Source: Desulfocapsa sulfexigens DSM 10523
Lineage (GTDB): Bacteria > Desulfobacterota > Desulfobulbia > Desulfobulbales > Desulfocapsaceae
NCBI RefSeq assembly: GCF_000341395.1
Contig: NC_020304.1
Location: 2,250,001-2,282,000 of the forward strand
DNA: 32,000 bases
Reading direction: 5' to 3'
Shown: positions 8,547 through 18,964 of the stretch, piece after piece
How the letters are laid out: every line of letters begins with the position of its first letter
How positions within the stretch are numbered: the first letter of the stretch is position 1
The notes under the pieces: model-generated
Database searches by the model: none
What the model saw: the letters and a program-made list of their open reading frames with translations, nothing else
Told to the model about the DNA's origin: nothing
Program-made: the position numbers and the translations under genes

Positions 8547-9740
8547 TTATGCTGATCTTGTTTCTAATGCCAGAATACTTTTAAAAAAAGCAGTAATTAC
8601 AATCTGAATGCCCACCGCTGTCATGGTAACAGCGGGGACAAGTATGCGCATCATTCTTTCTGGAGCTAAAGCACCGAATTGTACCTGACTCCACAGAAAG
8701 ATGGAATAAAGAACACATCCTGTCCCTGCTGCTATTGTGATAATTCCTACTATGAGTAATAATTCGAGAGACATATAGCGTTGCAGGCGTTCTATTGTTT
8801 TATCCTGTGGTAAAAGACCGGCATTTATAGCAAACTGTTTTGCAAGAAAGGCAAAACTGATGGATTGTGTTCCGGACAGGATTGCAGCACCTGACAGGAG
8901 TAATGTATGAATACCAATGGAAATATTACCAATTTGTAGTGGACCTTTTACCAGTAAAGCCATTCCCAGGATACCAAGAGAGACAAGGCAGATCCCGGGA
9001 TAGAGAAAAAGCCAGCGAGGGCTGAACATTAACAGAAAACGTAAATGCCTCCATCCGTCACGCCAACTCTTTAGGTGTGGTGACCGGGTACGTCCATCTG
9101 GATACAGAGTGACGGGCACCTCTGTAATGGATAGGTTGTGGAAACTTGCCTTCACCACCATTTCACTGGCAAATTCCATTCCCAATGTGCACAGGTGAAG
9201 GTTTAGGATGGCTATCCTGTTAAAACCGCGAAGTCCGCAATGGAAATCACGGATACCTGGATGAAAGAATAAGCGACCGATAAAACTCAGAACAGGATTC
9301 CCTAAATAGCGGTGCAGGGCAGGCATGGCACCCGGTTTGATGCTTCCGGAAAATCGATTTCCCATGACCAGGTCGTATCCTTTCCGAAGTTGTTCAAGAA
9401 TCGGCATCAAAGTGTAGAGATCGTAGCTGGCGTCGGCATCAGCCATTATTACATAGGTTCCTTTGGCCCGTGTGATTCCTCCCTGCAGGGCACTGCCATA
9501 TCCTCTGGTTTTTATAGAAACAACCTGGGCCCCCAGCTGCTTTGCAATAGACTGAGATCCATCTGTACTTCCATTGTCTGCAATGATAATCTCACCGGAT
9601 ACCTTGTTTTTACTTAAAAAAGCAAGGGCTTTTGATATGCAGGAGGCCAGGGTTTCTGCCTCATTGAGACAGGGCATGACAATGGATAACTCACAATCAT
9701 TGTGATCCTTTTCTACTGCAGTCACTGTCTCGGGTTTCAT
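8547..9740 (-). CDS. Polyprenyl-phosphate glycosyltransferase (GT2, DPM1-like) with C-terminal transmembrane region
   Basis: 'LSIVMPCLNEAETL...IIIADNGSTDGSQSIA...MADADASYDL...GNRFSG...DFHCGLRGF', followed by four hydrophobic segments. Confidence 0.88.
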   Translation of the reverse strand: MKPETVTAVEKDHNDCELSIVMPCLNEAETLASCISKALAFLSKNKVSGEIIIADNGSTDGSQSIAKQLGAQVVSIKTRGYGSALQGGITRAKGTYVIMADADASYDLYTLMPILEQLRKGYDLVMGNRFSGSIKPGAMPALHRYLGNPVLSFIGRLFFHPGIRDFHCGLRGFNRIAILNLHLCTLGMEFASEMVVKASFHNLSITEVPVTLYPDGRTRSPHLKSWRDGWRHLRFLLMFSPRWLFLYPGICLVSLGILGMALLVKGPLQIGNISIGIHTLLLSGAAILSGTQSISFAFLAKQFAINAGLLPQDKTIERLQRYMSLELLLIVGIITIAAGTGCVLYSIFLWSQVQFGALAPERMMRILVPAVTMTAVGIQIVITAFFKSILALETRSA

Positions 9741-9805
9741 TGCTTTATCTCTTTTCTATACTAAAAGAAGAATGGCGAAGACGCCTATGAAGAATAATCA
9801 AAGGT

Positions 9806-11110
9806 TCAGAGGCAATCAATATTTCTTTTAAGGAGTTGGTGGTATATTTTCTCTATTTCTCTTCCATTTTCCTCTATTGATTTAACCGCTGGAATTCCAT
9901 TGCGCAATTGATCAGGCAGAGTTTCTGATTCGATATATTTTATCATGACTTTTGTTAATTCTGTGGAATCACCAACAGCAAAAAGCAGCCCGTTCACACC
10001 GTCAGTCACCAGATCTGCCATACCACCAATATCTGAAGTGATGACAGGAACTCCCGCCATAAAGGCTTCATGAATGGTGAGTGGTGAGTTCTCGAACCAT
10101 ATTGATGGTACTACAAGAACATCAATTTCTGAAAGGATAGTGGCAACTTCATCGTTTGGAATTAGACCTTCAAAGAAAATGGCCGGAGACTTGACCATTT
10201 TACGGAGTCTACTGTTGTATTCAGGGAACCAGTCGAGATTTCCGTAAATATGCAGTTGTGCTTTATTTTCCGGTACCTGATTAAAGGCTTCAATGAGGAC
10301 ATGAACCCCTTTGTGTTCACACAGGGTTCCAATAAAACCAAAACGAACCAGTGAATCTTTTTTGTTTTTTTGCTTTTTAAAGTTTGTTGTATCAAAGCCA
10401 TTATCCGAGAAGATTATTTTGTCTTCAGGGATGCCATATTGTATGAATTCATTTCTCAGAAAAGGGGAAGGGGCAGTGAACAGATCTATATTTTCGATTG
10501 CAGCAAGGATATGACGGTTTCGCTCCTTTAATGAGTTGATTCTGGTTTCGGACGTCCTGGATCTGCTGATTTTCTGCCGGAAAAGATGGTAAAAGGACTG
10601 AAGGGAAAATCTGTTGGAATTTTCTGGTTTTTCATATAAACAATCTGCACATTTTGTCCAGTCAACGGTATGACAGATTTCAAGATTCCCCTGCAGTCGC
10701 TGTCCCCAGCGTGGGCATGTCAGCCAGTAGTCATGAAGGGTGAAAAGAACAGGAATATTATTGTGTTTTGCAATTTCAGGATACCTGAACGAGTGGTACA
10801 GGAGATGTTGTAAATGGATAATATCAGGTTTGAACTCATCAAGAACAGTTTGGAAAATAGTTTCCATTTTTGTATCATTATAGGGCTCTCCCAGCAGGTC
10901 AGTTTTAAATGGTCTGAAAACTTCGATGCATTGCAGGCCGTTAAAAGTTCGTTCCGTGACTTTATATGACAGAGTTAGAGAGGTGAATTCAGTAAAGAAC
11001 AAGCAGATTTCATGTTTTTTTGATAATTCTTTAGCAAGCCGATATGTATAAATTTCCGCTCCTGCCTGGTGGCTGGGCAGAAAATCATGTATGACAAATA
11101 AAATTTTCAT
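9806..11110 (-). CDS. Glycosyltransferase family 4
   Basis: N-terminal 'HDFLPSHQAGAEIYTYRLAKEL'; C-terminal 'RFGFIGTLCEHKGVHVLIEAF...EIDVLVVPSIWFENSPLTIHEAFMAGVPVITSDIGGMADLV'. Confidence 0.92.
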   Translation of the reverse strand: MKILFVIHDFLPSHQAGAEIYTYRLAKELSKKHEICLFFTEFTSLTLSYKVTERTFNGLQCIEVFRPFKTDLLGEPYNDTKMETIFQTVLDEFKPDIIHLQHLLYHSFRYPEIAKHNNIPVLFTLHDYWLTCPRWGQRLQGNLEICHTVDWTKCADCLYEKPENSNRFSLQSFYHLFRQKISRSRTSETRINSLKERNRHILAAIENIDLFTAPSPFLRNEFIQYGIPEDKIIFSDNGFDTTNFKKQKNKKDSLVRFGFIGTLCEHKGVHVLIEAFNQVPENKAQLHIYGNLDWFPEYNSRLRKMVKSPAIFFEGLIPNDEVATILSEIDVLVVPSIWFENSPLTIHEAFMAGVPVITSDIGGMADLVTDGVNGLLFAVGDSTELTKVMIKYIESETLPDQLRNGIPAVKSIEENGREIEKIYHQLLKRNIDCL

Positions 11111-11277
11111 TAAATCTTAAGTGTTAGCAAGAAAAAAGTTCTTATTGGGGTATGAGTACATTAAGATAATGACAAATACATTCTTTCACAAGGAATGCTT
11201 TGTCTTTTACTGTCCCCTAACCGTGTTTTCGCAGAGGAGAATCATCTGATACGTTCAGTTTGAGTGATGGATTTTGA

Positions 11278-12717
11278 ATGAATGACTGTATTTCAGTAAT
11301 TATTCCAACAAAGAATGCGGGTGAGTCGTTTCGGGAATCTCTTGATATGATTTTTTCTCAGGAGATTGCCTCTCAGTTGGAAGTTGTCATAATCGACTCT
11401 GGTTCGACTGATCAGACATTGCAAATATGTGCTGATTATCCTGTTAAGCTTATTCAAATACCCGCCTCCTCATTTAATCACAGCGCTACCCGGAATCTGG
11501 CAATTTCTGAATCCTGCGGTGATATTTGTGTACTGACGGTTCAGGATGCAATTCCTGTGGACAATAGATGGTTGACAACACTTGTTGAACCATTAGTAAG
11601 GGATGGCAGGGTTGCAGGCGTTTTTGGACAACAGGTAGCCAGGGATGATGCTTCCTTTTTCACAAGATACTGTCAACTTCTTTATTATCGGGAATGGAGG
11701 AGTGACTGGAAACAGGAGTACGAGCAGTTACCCATAGAGACGGACGACTGGGAAAAACTGTCACATGAGCAGCGGCGGGTTGTTTCCAGATTTGACAATA
11801 CAAACAGCTGTGTCAGGAGATCCGTCTGGAAGGAAATTCCTTTTCCTGTGGTCCCATTTGCTGAAGATGTTGCCTGGGCGATCGATGTGTTAACTGCCGG
11901 GTTTTCAATTTTCTGGAAACCGACAGCTCAGGTTTTTCATTCACATGAACGTCCATTATCGTATACCCTGAAGCGATCCTATGTTGATTCCAAAACCATT
12001 GCTGTCCTTTTGGGTGACAGTTCTTCATCTTCAATGACTCATCAAATGGCACGGTCTTTAATTAAATGGTTGTCAAAGGAGGCAGCCAGATACCTTCAAT
12101 CGATCTCCGGGCAACTGGAAGGAAAGATGCATAAGTCAGAGATTCTGGCGGAGGCTGACAGATGTTGGCAGTTGAAAGTCAGTGCCGGAAAATCATCTGA
12201 TAAAGATGGCACTATGGAATCTGGGTCACATCTGTTTCCTGGCGCAGTTTCTTTGAAAAACCGTATCTTTCGCCAATATTACAGGAGTGTTTCAGGGCCT
12301 CCCTGGTTCAGGAAGATGTGCCGCAATATTTTCCGGAATGGTCGATTACTGCGAAAAAAGTTTAAAGCCGGTGCTGGGGATAATCAGTCAATTACTTTGG
12401 AACTGCAGGCATGTCACCGTTATTTTTTGAATCTCCTTCTCTCTGTACATCTTGAGAATGCAGATAGAAGTGAGGACAGTGGCAGTTCTGTTCGATATGG
12501 CGCTGCTGTTATGGTAGCCGGGTCTTTTCTCGGGCAGAATATAAAAGCAGGTGATAGAACCGAGGAGCTGATCAGCATGGATGATGACCATGTGGACGTG
12601 AGGTTACCAGGTGACATTGAAGTGTGGAAACTCCTTAATGACTGGTATGAACAGGGGTTTGACCAGGAAGCCACTGCGATCTCCCGGTTGGATCAGATTT
12701 TGACAGATGGTGTCTGA
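11278..12717 (+). CDS. Glycosyltransferase family 2, rhamnosyltransferase-like
   Basis: 'ISVIIPTKNAGESFRESLDMIFSQ...IDSGSTDQTLQI...FNHSATRNLAI...LTVQDAIP...VAGVFGQQ...FAEDVAWAI'. Confidence 0.88.
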   Translation: MNDCISVIIPTKNAGESFRESLDMIFSQEIASQLEVVIIDSGSTDQTLQICADYPVKLIQIPASSFNHSATRNLAISESCGDICVLTVQDAIPVDNRWLTTLVEPLVRDGRVAGVFGQQVARDDASFFTRYCQLLYYREWRSDWKQEYEQLPIETDDWEKLSHEQRRVVSRFDNTNSCVRRSVWKEIPFPVVPFAEDVAWAIDVLTAGFSIFWKPTAQVFHSHERPLSYTLKRSYVDSKTIAVLLGDSSSSSMTHQMARSLIKWLSKEAARYLQSISGQLEGKMHKSEILAEADRCWQLKVSAGKSSDKDGTMESGSHLFPGAVSLKNRIFRQYYRSVSGPPWFRKMCRNIFRNGRLLRKKFKAGAGDNQSITLELQACHRYFLNLLLSVHLENADRSEDSGSSVRYGAAVMVAGSFLGQNIKAGDRTEELISMDDDHVDVRLPGDIEVWKLLNDWYEQGFDQEATAISRLDQILTDGV

Positions 12718-12747
12718 AGTTGATAAGCAGAGGCTGGGTGAAAATTT

Positions 12748-13701
12748 TCACAGGTCTGTCTTGAAGGGTTGTTTGTAAAAACCCAGATGCCAGTTGACCA
12801 GAATAACCAGAGAGAGAAACAGAATGGTAACTGATTTTTTCGAAAAACCTTTTCTGCCCAGAAAAAATAAAAGTAAAGCAAGTAACACTAATGGTGAAAA
12901 GAACAGTAGTGAGGGCTTGTAAATTGACGCAATGATGATGCTGCACAATACAAAGGGCAGAAGACACGGTATGTAATGCAGAGGTCTGAAAAAACCATAT
13001 TTTCTGAGTAACAGATACGTTGCGCCTCCATAACGTTGCATCATGCTGCAGAGCCCGGAGAGTGATTGCGGACGGTAATGTCTGACAATTGCCTCCGGGT
13101 TACGGATTAAAGTGTAGCCATTTTGAATCAGCCGGTAGTCAAGATCCACATCCTCGCCTGGCCACAATGATTCGTTAAAGCCTCCGATGCTTTCAAAAAT
13201 ATGTTTTTGGTATGCAGAGTTACAACTAGGATTGTGCTGGGTCTCAGTCAGGCTGGTGTACGGCTTCATGTAGGATGTTGCAAAACCCAGGATGGCAAAA
13301 GTTTCCTGGACACTTTTGCCAAAAGCAGTCTCATTTGGGGGGCTGATCTGATTCCCTCCCACACCGGCGATTTTGTCGCCTGAAAACCCTTTCTGTAGTT
13401 CTTTTAGCCACTGACGATGGACGATGCAATCACCATCGGTGAAGGCCACGATCTCCCCTTTTGCCTTTTTAACTCCGATATTTCTGGCCCTGGATGGGCC
13501 TCCGTTGGGGATCTGAATCACCTTGACTCTTTTGTGCGATTGGCAGATCTTGGTGGTATTGTCCGTTGAGCCATCATCGACGATGATGATTTCATAGTCA
13601 GGATAATCCAGGTTTAGCAGTGATTCCAGGCAGTCGTGGATGGTTCTTTCACAATTGAACACGGGAACGATAATTGATATTTTAGGAGAGCGTTCTGTCA
13701 T
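12748..13701 (-). CDS. Glycosyltransferase family 2 with C-terminal membrane segments
   Basis: 'KISIIVPVFNCERTIHDCLESLLNLDYPDYEIIIVDDGSTDNT...FTDGDCIVHRQW...GGNQI...WPGEDVDLDYRL', then hydrophobic segments. Confidence 0.92.
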   Translation of the reverse strand: MTERSPKISIIVPVFNCERTIHDCLESLLNLDYPDYEIIIVDDGSTDNTTKICQSHKRVKVIQIPNGGPSRARNIGVKKAKGEIVAFTDGDCIVHRQWLKELQKGFSGDKIAGVGGNQISPPNETAFGKSVQETFAILGFATSYMKPYTSLTETQHNPSCNSAYQKHIFESIGGFNESLWPGEDVDLDYRLIQNGYTLIRNPEAIVRHYRPQSLSGLCSMMQRYGGATYLLLRKYGFFRPLHYIPCLLPFVLCSIIIASIYKPSLLFFSPLVLLALLLFFLGRKGFSKKSVTILFLSLVILVNWHLGFYKQPFKTDL

Positions 13702-15141
13702 TTAGCTGTTTTTTTGACTAACAAGATAGGAAAGAAAATTTTTAGCACCTCGTAATTTACAATAGAGGTCTGTTTTACTTCTGGCTGAAAGGAGAAATTT
13801 TAATATGTATGAAGGTCGGAAATAAAATTTCTTTAATCCACGATCAGTGCTTTCCTGAATGAATTGACTACTCAAGCCAGGATACTCAATAACCGCCGAT
13901 TGTTCTCCGTCAGTTAGCCACTGGTCCCAGCTGGTCGCTTGGAGAAGACCGTTATCTTTGCATATTTGAAAAAATTGAGTTCCGGGAAATGGCACTGCCG
14001 CTGAAAACTGGACCGAATGTAACCCCAGGTTACAGGCAAAATCAAGGGTTGTGTTGATGCTATCCCTGGTTTCACCAGGGAGTCCAAGCACAAAGCAACC
14101 ATGTACATCCAGGCCGGTTTTATGGGCCAGGGACATGAAATGGCGAGCATTGGCAACTGATTCTCTTTTGTTCATGGTCGCCAGCATATCATCGCTTCCA
14201 GATTCAAAACCAACCAGGAGTTCTCGACAGCCAGCTTTTTTGAGTATCTGGAAAAGTTCTTTGTCTCCGGTGTCTGTTCTGGCATTTACTGAAAAGGTTA
14301 TTTTCAGTTTCCGGCGTAAGATTTCTTCACAGATTGCCATAGCATTAGCTTTGTTGATGGTAAATGTGTCATCTTCGAAAAAGAATTCACCGCCTTTGAC
14401 CACCTGTGGACAGATTTCAATGTCATGCTCAATCTCATCAACAACCTTTTCCGGCAATCTGAGACGAACCTGGTGGCCATGCATAACTTCCGGCCAAAGA
14501 CAGAAGATACATGTGTGTGGGCAGCCTCTACCTGAAAATATATCAATGTACGGATGCAGTTTCAGACCATCAAAATATTTCATCAGGTCAAGCTGATGCC
14601 ATGCCGGAAAGGGGAGAGAGTCCAGATCCTGGATGAGTTGCCTTTTTTCGGTTCTTTGCGGTGTACCATCTTTCAGATAACAGATACCGGCAATGTCATC
14701 GAGAATTGGATAATTTGCAATAACATCCCTAATTGTCAGATCATATTCACCAATGCATATGACATCTACGGCTCCATTACTCAGGAGAAGTGTTTCTTCG
14801 GGCAGAGCGGAGCAATGTGGTCCAACCATTAGAATTTTGGCATCACTTACTTCTTTACAGATTCTTGCACATTCAATATCAGAGAAAATTGAGGGAGTGG
14901 TGGAGTCCAGGACAATAAAATCAGGCTGGCCATTTTTTACCAGCAAGCGCAGATCGTCTTTTTGAAGGTTTTCTGCCGGAAAATCAAAAAGTTTTGCCGT
15001 AATTCCTTCTTGTTCAAGCACAGCAGTGCCGTAGGCAAGCCAGTCAGGTGCCCGTAAAACACGACCTCGTGTCCTGGCTGCCCAGCGTTGTGATCTGTTG
15101 AAATTTTTAACAAATGGTTCGTTGATGAGAAATACTTTCAT
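13702..15141 (-). CDS. B12-binding domain radical SAM protein
   Basis: N-terminal Rossmann-like region; radical SAM motif 'GRGCPHTCIFCLW'; 'FFEDDTFTINK', 'LLVGFESGSDDML', 'GCFVLGLPGET'. Its stop codon directly abuts the start of the GT2 gene at 13701. Confidence 0.9.
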   Translation of the reverse strand: MKVFLINEPFVKNFNRSQRWAARTRGRVLRAPDWLAYGTAVLEQEGITAKLFDFPAENLQKDDLRLLVKNGQPDFIVLDSTTPSIFSDIECARICKEVSDAKILMVGPHCSALPEETLLLSNGAVDVICIGEYDLTIRDVIANYPILDDIAGICYLKDGTPQRTEKRQLIQDLDSLPFPAWHQLDLMKYFDGLKLHPYIDIFSGRGCPHTCIFCLWPEVMHGHQVRLRLPEKVVDEIEHDIEICPQVVKGGEFFFEDDTFTINKANAMAICEEILRRKLKITFSVNARTDTGDKELFQILKKAGCRELLVGFESGSDDMLATMNKRESVANARHFMSLAHKTGLDVHGCFVLGLPGETRDSINTTLDFACNLGLHSVQFSAAVPFPGTQFFQICKDNGLLQATSWDQWLTDGEQSAVIEYPGLSSQFIQESTDRGLKKFYFRPSYILKFLLSARSKTDLYCKLRGAKNFLSYLVSQKNS

Positions 15142-15199
15142 GTTGCCAGGGTCGTAGAGTTATATCGAATATTGTCGATTGACGTAAAGTACCACTTGT

Positions 15200-16330
15200 T
15201 TACGAATTAGTGTAGATTTCAGAGAGCGAGTTCCTCATATTCTCTATGCTAAAGAGCTCTTTATTCCTCCTGTAGAAGTTTTCTCCCATTGTTGTCCTCA
15301 ATGTTTTTGATTGAATGAGTTTACACAGCTTGTCCGCAAATTCCTGTTCATTCTTGACCAGAAAACCTGAAGTGCCGGTATTTATTAAGTCGGAATGTCC
15401 GGGAATGTCAGTGGCAACAATTGCTTTCTTGAAGAAACTTGCTTCTATTAGTGAATATGGCAATCCTTCCCAGCGTGAAGTTGAAGTTATAATGTCTACC
15501 GTTTTTGTCAGTTGATGGATGTTCTTCCGATATCCGAGGAGGGTGACATGGCTCATCATATTATCTCTTTTGATTTGTATTTCAAGCTTCTTACGAAGCG
15601 GTCCGTCACCGATGAAGAGAAAATGACTATTGTTACATCTTTTTGTTACTTCCTTGATTATGCGGAGAAGAGAAAGAGGATTCTTTTGCCGATCAAGTCG
15701 GCCTATCTGCATCACGATAACAGATGATGATGGGATGTTTAGCTCATTAACAATGTTAGAATGTGACTGGCTGCAGGTTTCAATTCTTGTTGTGTCGATA
15801 TGATTACGGATGAGCTGTATCTTGTGTGTGTGGGCAATTTTCCAGTGTTTAAATCGATTTTGTTGAGAAGATGAAACAGCAATAAAAAAGGCTGTGAATG
15901 GACTGAGCAATTTAAGAAGATATCGGCTCCCTTGATAGTTTGAATTCTCGCCAAAGGAATCGACATGTGGTGTGAAAATAATTTTTTTACATCGGGTAAA
16001 AAAGGTAGAGCCATACCCCCATATCGCCGATTGTAAATTATGGATATGAACCAGGTCGATATGGTTCTTTTGAATTATTTTTCGCGCTGTTACAAGACCT
16101 TCTAATGAGAAAAAACGACTTGGTTGTACCATTGTAAGGTGGTCTTTTGGCACAACATCAGCTAAAAAAGCTGGGATTTTTTGGTCATCGCTTGAGCAGA
16201 GTAACCAGAATTCAATATTTTCATCCTTTACAACCTGCAGGAGATAGCGAATGTGTCTACTGATACCACTCAAGAAGGGTTCATAGAACAGAATCAAAAT
16301 CTTACAGTGTTTTTTTGAGCCTAATGACAC
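15200..16330 (-). CDS. Glycosyltransferase family 4
   Basis: 'IQLIRNHIDTTRIE...VMQIGRLDRQKNPLSLLRII...ADIISTSRWEGLPYSLIEA' type pattern ('VDIITSTSRWEGLPYSLIEASFFKKAIVATDIPGHSDLI'). Confidence 0.92.
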   Translation of the reverse strand: MSLGSKKHCKILILFYEPFLSGISRHIRYLLQVVKDENIEFWLLCSSDDQKIPAFLADVVPKDHLTMVQPSRFFSLEGLVTARKIIQKNHIDLVHIHNLQSAIWGYGSTFFTRCKKIIFTPHVDSFGENSNYQGSRYLLKLLSPFTAFFIAVSSSQQNRFKHWKIAHTHKIQLIRNHIDTTRIETCSQSHSNIVNELNIPSSSVIVMQIGRLDRQKNPLSLLRIIKEVTKRCNNSHFLFIGDGPLRKKLEIQIKRDNMMSHVTLLGYRKNIHQLTKTVDIITSTSRWEGLPYSLIEASFFKKAIVATDIPGHSDLINTGTSGFLVKNEQEFADKLCKLIQSKTLRTTMGENFYRRNKELFSIENMRNSLSEIYTNS

Positions 16331-16370
16331 GGTTCGCTGTATTCCCTGGATGTGTTTTTTGGAGGTGGTA

Positions 16371-17144
16371 TCATTGGAATTTCATTGATTTCTTTTGGGG
16401 GGAAAAGATGTCAAATTTGACAAGGTTGCTTTTATGGAGCACATACTTGGCCAGGACTAGTAGCGTTTGAAGTCCGTATTTGACAGATCTTGGAAAATTA
16501 ATTGATGAAGCTTCAGAAAAGTATCGACAGGGAATGGGAATGTCACCAATTTTGAATTTGAAATAGGCTGCCTGGGCAAGGAATTCTGAGTCAAAAACAA
16601 AATCATCTGAGTTTTTCATATAGGGGATTTCGTGGATGACTTGTTTTGAGTAAGCTCTGAACCCAGAGTGGAAGTCTCCAAGGTTTTGCCCCAATATTAT
16701 ATTCTCTATAAACGTTAGAGACCTGTTGGCAATATACTTGTAAAACGGCATACCACTTTCCAACGCTTCGGCACGAGACCGCACCCTGCAGCCAATAATA
16801 ATGTCACAGATACCGGACTCAATAAACCCGACAGCGTAGGGGATTAATCGAGAATCATACTGGTAATCGGGGTGTATCATTATGATAATATCACAATCAA
16901 TTTTCATCGCTTCAGCGTAGCATCGTTTTTGATTTGCTCCGTACCCTTTGTTTTGATCCAGCCTGTGCACAGTTATCCCAAGACCCTCAGCAATTTCGAC
17001 AGTTCTGTCGGAGCTTGCATCATCGACAAGAATTATTTCATTAACACTTTTGTCCGGAATATCGTTGACTGTCATTTGCAGTGTTTTTTCCGCATTGTAG
17101 GCAGGCATAACAACGACAACTTTTTTTGAGGATGTTCGAGTCAT
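16371..17144 (-). CDS. Polyprenyl-phosphate glycosyltransferase, GT2 DPM1-like
   Basis: '[21 protein letters not shown]...[16 protein letters not shown]...MIHPDYQYD...[24 protein letters not shown]...[12 protein letters not shown]'. Confidence 0.9.
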   Translation of the reverse strand: MTRTSSKKVVVVMPAYNAEKTLQMTVNDIPDKSVNEIILVDDASSDRTVEIAEGLGITVHRLDQNKGYGANQKRCYAEAMKIDCDIIIMIHPDYQYDSRLIPYAVGFIESGICDIIIGCRVRSRAEALESGMPFYKYIANRSLTFIENIILGQNLGDFHSGFRAYSKQVIHEIPYMKNSDDFVFDSEFLAQAAYFKFKIGDIPIPCRYFSEASSINFPRSVKYGLQTLLVLAKYVLHKSNLVKFDIFSPQKKSMKFQ

Positions 17145-17195
17145 CTTAGCGTTAACAGTTATGTTTACATGTGGTGATATTTTTTTTCATAGTGT

Positions 17196-18917
17196 TCAGT
17201 CCGGTCGAAGAATGTGGATGGAACCATCATTGCCGATAAAGCGTGAAAAGGGAAATTCTTTTACAACCTGATAGTGAGGGAGGGGACCAAGTGTTATGAG
17301 ATATTTTTCTTCGTTTACCCACCACCAGCTATGTTTTTTTCTATTGTAATCTATTGTATTGGTATCAGAACAGAAATAACCATTAAATTCAAATCCTCCA
17401 TCGATCTCGCATGGATTAACCTGGATGTCGTAAAGAAGATAAGCATGAGCTTGATGGAGACTGCGTTTTGCAGACATGAAATCCTTAACACCAAAAATAC
17501 TTGTTCCAGCAAGGAAGAGAAGAATTGCTGTGGAAAGAATGATTTGGAGAAATGTGGGCTTAGTTTTTGTGACAGTTATTTGTTTTGTGAACCAAATAAG
17601 TAATAAGGCACATAGTGGTATAAGATAGCGGTCATGAAATCCTGTCAACAGGATAATCCCTGCATATATAAAAGAACAGATTAAGGCGAAGGAAGAAGTA
17701 AAACAGGTGTCATGATTATGTTTCTCCCTATCAGTGGAAAATAAGCATTTAACTGATTTAAGAGAAAACAAGAGGAGGATCATGGCGGAAAGGAGTGCGA
17801 CGAAAGCTAAAAGAAAAAAGAACGGTTTGGGTAAGGATATAGTTCTTTGAATATCCAATAGATAGATGTCTTTTAGTAGGAGTGGCCCAATGCCAAAGTC
17901 ATAAATGACATTTCTATGGAAGTTTATGGGAGGGTTGATGAGTCCACCCATAAGACATACTTCAAAGAGTACAAAGGAGGATAGGAGTAAAATGAATATC
18001 CTTCGGTTCTTTTTCCAACCTAACAGCTTGTGGCGGTATAAAACAACAAGAGGCGATAGCAGAAACCCTGTGTACATGAGCACTATCCCTGCCTGAGAGA
18101 AAAGAAAGAAGAGATAGTCTGGAAATCCTTTGCTTTGGGGGGCAGAGAAAATTTTCTTAAACACTGAATGACTGGTGATGGGTGTAGAACCACTTTGCCA
18201 GAGAAATACTTCGTACAGAATCCATGGTATTATGGTAATGCCGAAGGTCAGCAGGAGCATCTTTTTCTTATTCAGGTGCTTGCCACTGGGGTGAAGAAGA
18301 CAGGTGATGAGAAAACCTAAGGGAATGACTATGCCGATTTGGCGGGTAAGAATTGAGAATAATGCGAAAAAAAGACCTGAAATAAGTAAAATATGGCTAT
18401 GTTCTTCAATGCCCATATGGAGCAACAGAAATGATGAAATGAGTAGGAAAAGAAACGTAATATCAGACATGAAGGTGAAGCTTTGCGAAAGAAACAGCGG
18501 GTTTAATATAAGTACGAGTGTAGCCAGGAGAGATAGCCACAGGGAATTTTTCATCTGTCGCAGCAGCAGAAGGAGAGCGAAAGAAGATCCAATTGCCAGA
18601 ACGAGAACAGATATTCTAAGTATTGTTACAGAAAAGCCAAAGCATGTGGAAAAAAGCAGACCCCATAGTACATGACATAAAACGGAAGGTCCACCGTCAC
18701 CCCAACCTGTCGCAGTTACATTTTTTCCATCCAGCAGTGTTTCAACGATGCGAACAAAGCACCAGTCATCGTTAACCATGAATTCACCGACCGGACTGAT
18801 AAAGAGTACAATGCCTCCCCAAAGGCTGAGGAGGATGGTAATAGCAACGAAGAACAGTTGTCTCTGGTTTGGAGTGTGATTTGCGAGTGATGAGTGACCA
18901 AGGTTTTTTTCAAGCAT
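17196..18917 (-). CDS. Polytopic membrane protein, GT-C/GT39-like glycosyltransferase candidate
   Basis: Many transmembrane segments; N-terminal loop 'SPVGEFMVNDDWCFVRIVETLLDG' with acidic residues as in GT-C enzymes; long soluble C-terminus. Confidence 0.6.
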   Translation of the reverse strand: MLEKNLGHSSLANHTPNQRQLFFVAITILLSLWGGIVLFISPVGEFMVNDDWCFVRIVETLLDGKNVTATGWGDGGPSVLCHVLWGLLFSTCFGFSVTILRISVLVLAIGSSFALLLLLRQMKNSLWLSLLATLVLILNPLFLSQSFTFMSDITFLFLLISSFLLLHMGIEEHSHILLISGLFFALFSILTRQIGIVIPLGFLITCLLHPSGKHLNKKKMLLLTFGITIIPWILYEVFLWQSGSTPITSHSVFKKIFSAPQSKGFPDYLFFLFSQAGIVLMYTGFLLSPLVVLYRHKLLGWKKNRRIFILLLSSFVLFEVCLMGGLINPPINFHRNVIYDFGIGPLLLKDIYLLDIQRTISLPKPFFFLLAFVALLSAMILLLFSLKSVKCLFSTDREKHNHDTCFTSSFALICSFIYAGIILLTGFHDRYLIPLCALLLIWFTKQITVTKTKPTFLQIILSTAILLFLAGTSIFGVKDFMSAKRSLHQAHAYLLYDIQVNPCEIDGGFEFNGYFCSDTNTIDYNRKKHSWWWVNEEKYLITLGPLPHYQVVKEFPFSRFIGNDGSIHILRPD

Positions 18918-18964
18918 TGCAATACAAACCTTTTGAGGTTGGAATCAATCTCATTTCTGCTGAC

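Noticed and set aside
14051-14596. 181-aa plus-strand ORF
   Set aside because: Antisense to the B12-binding radical SAM gene, with Ser/Pro-rich shadow composition.
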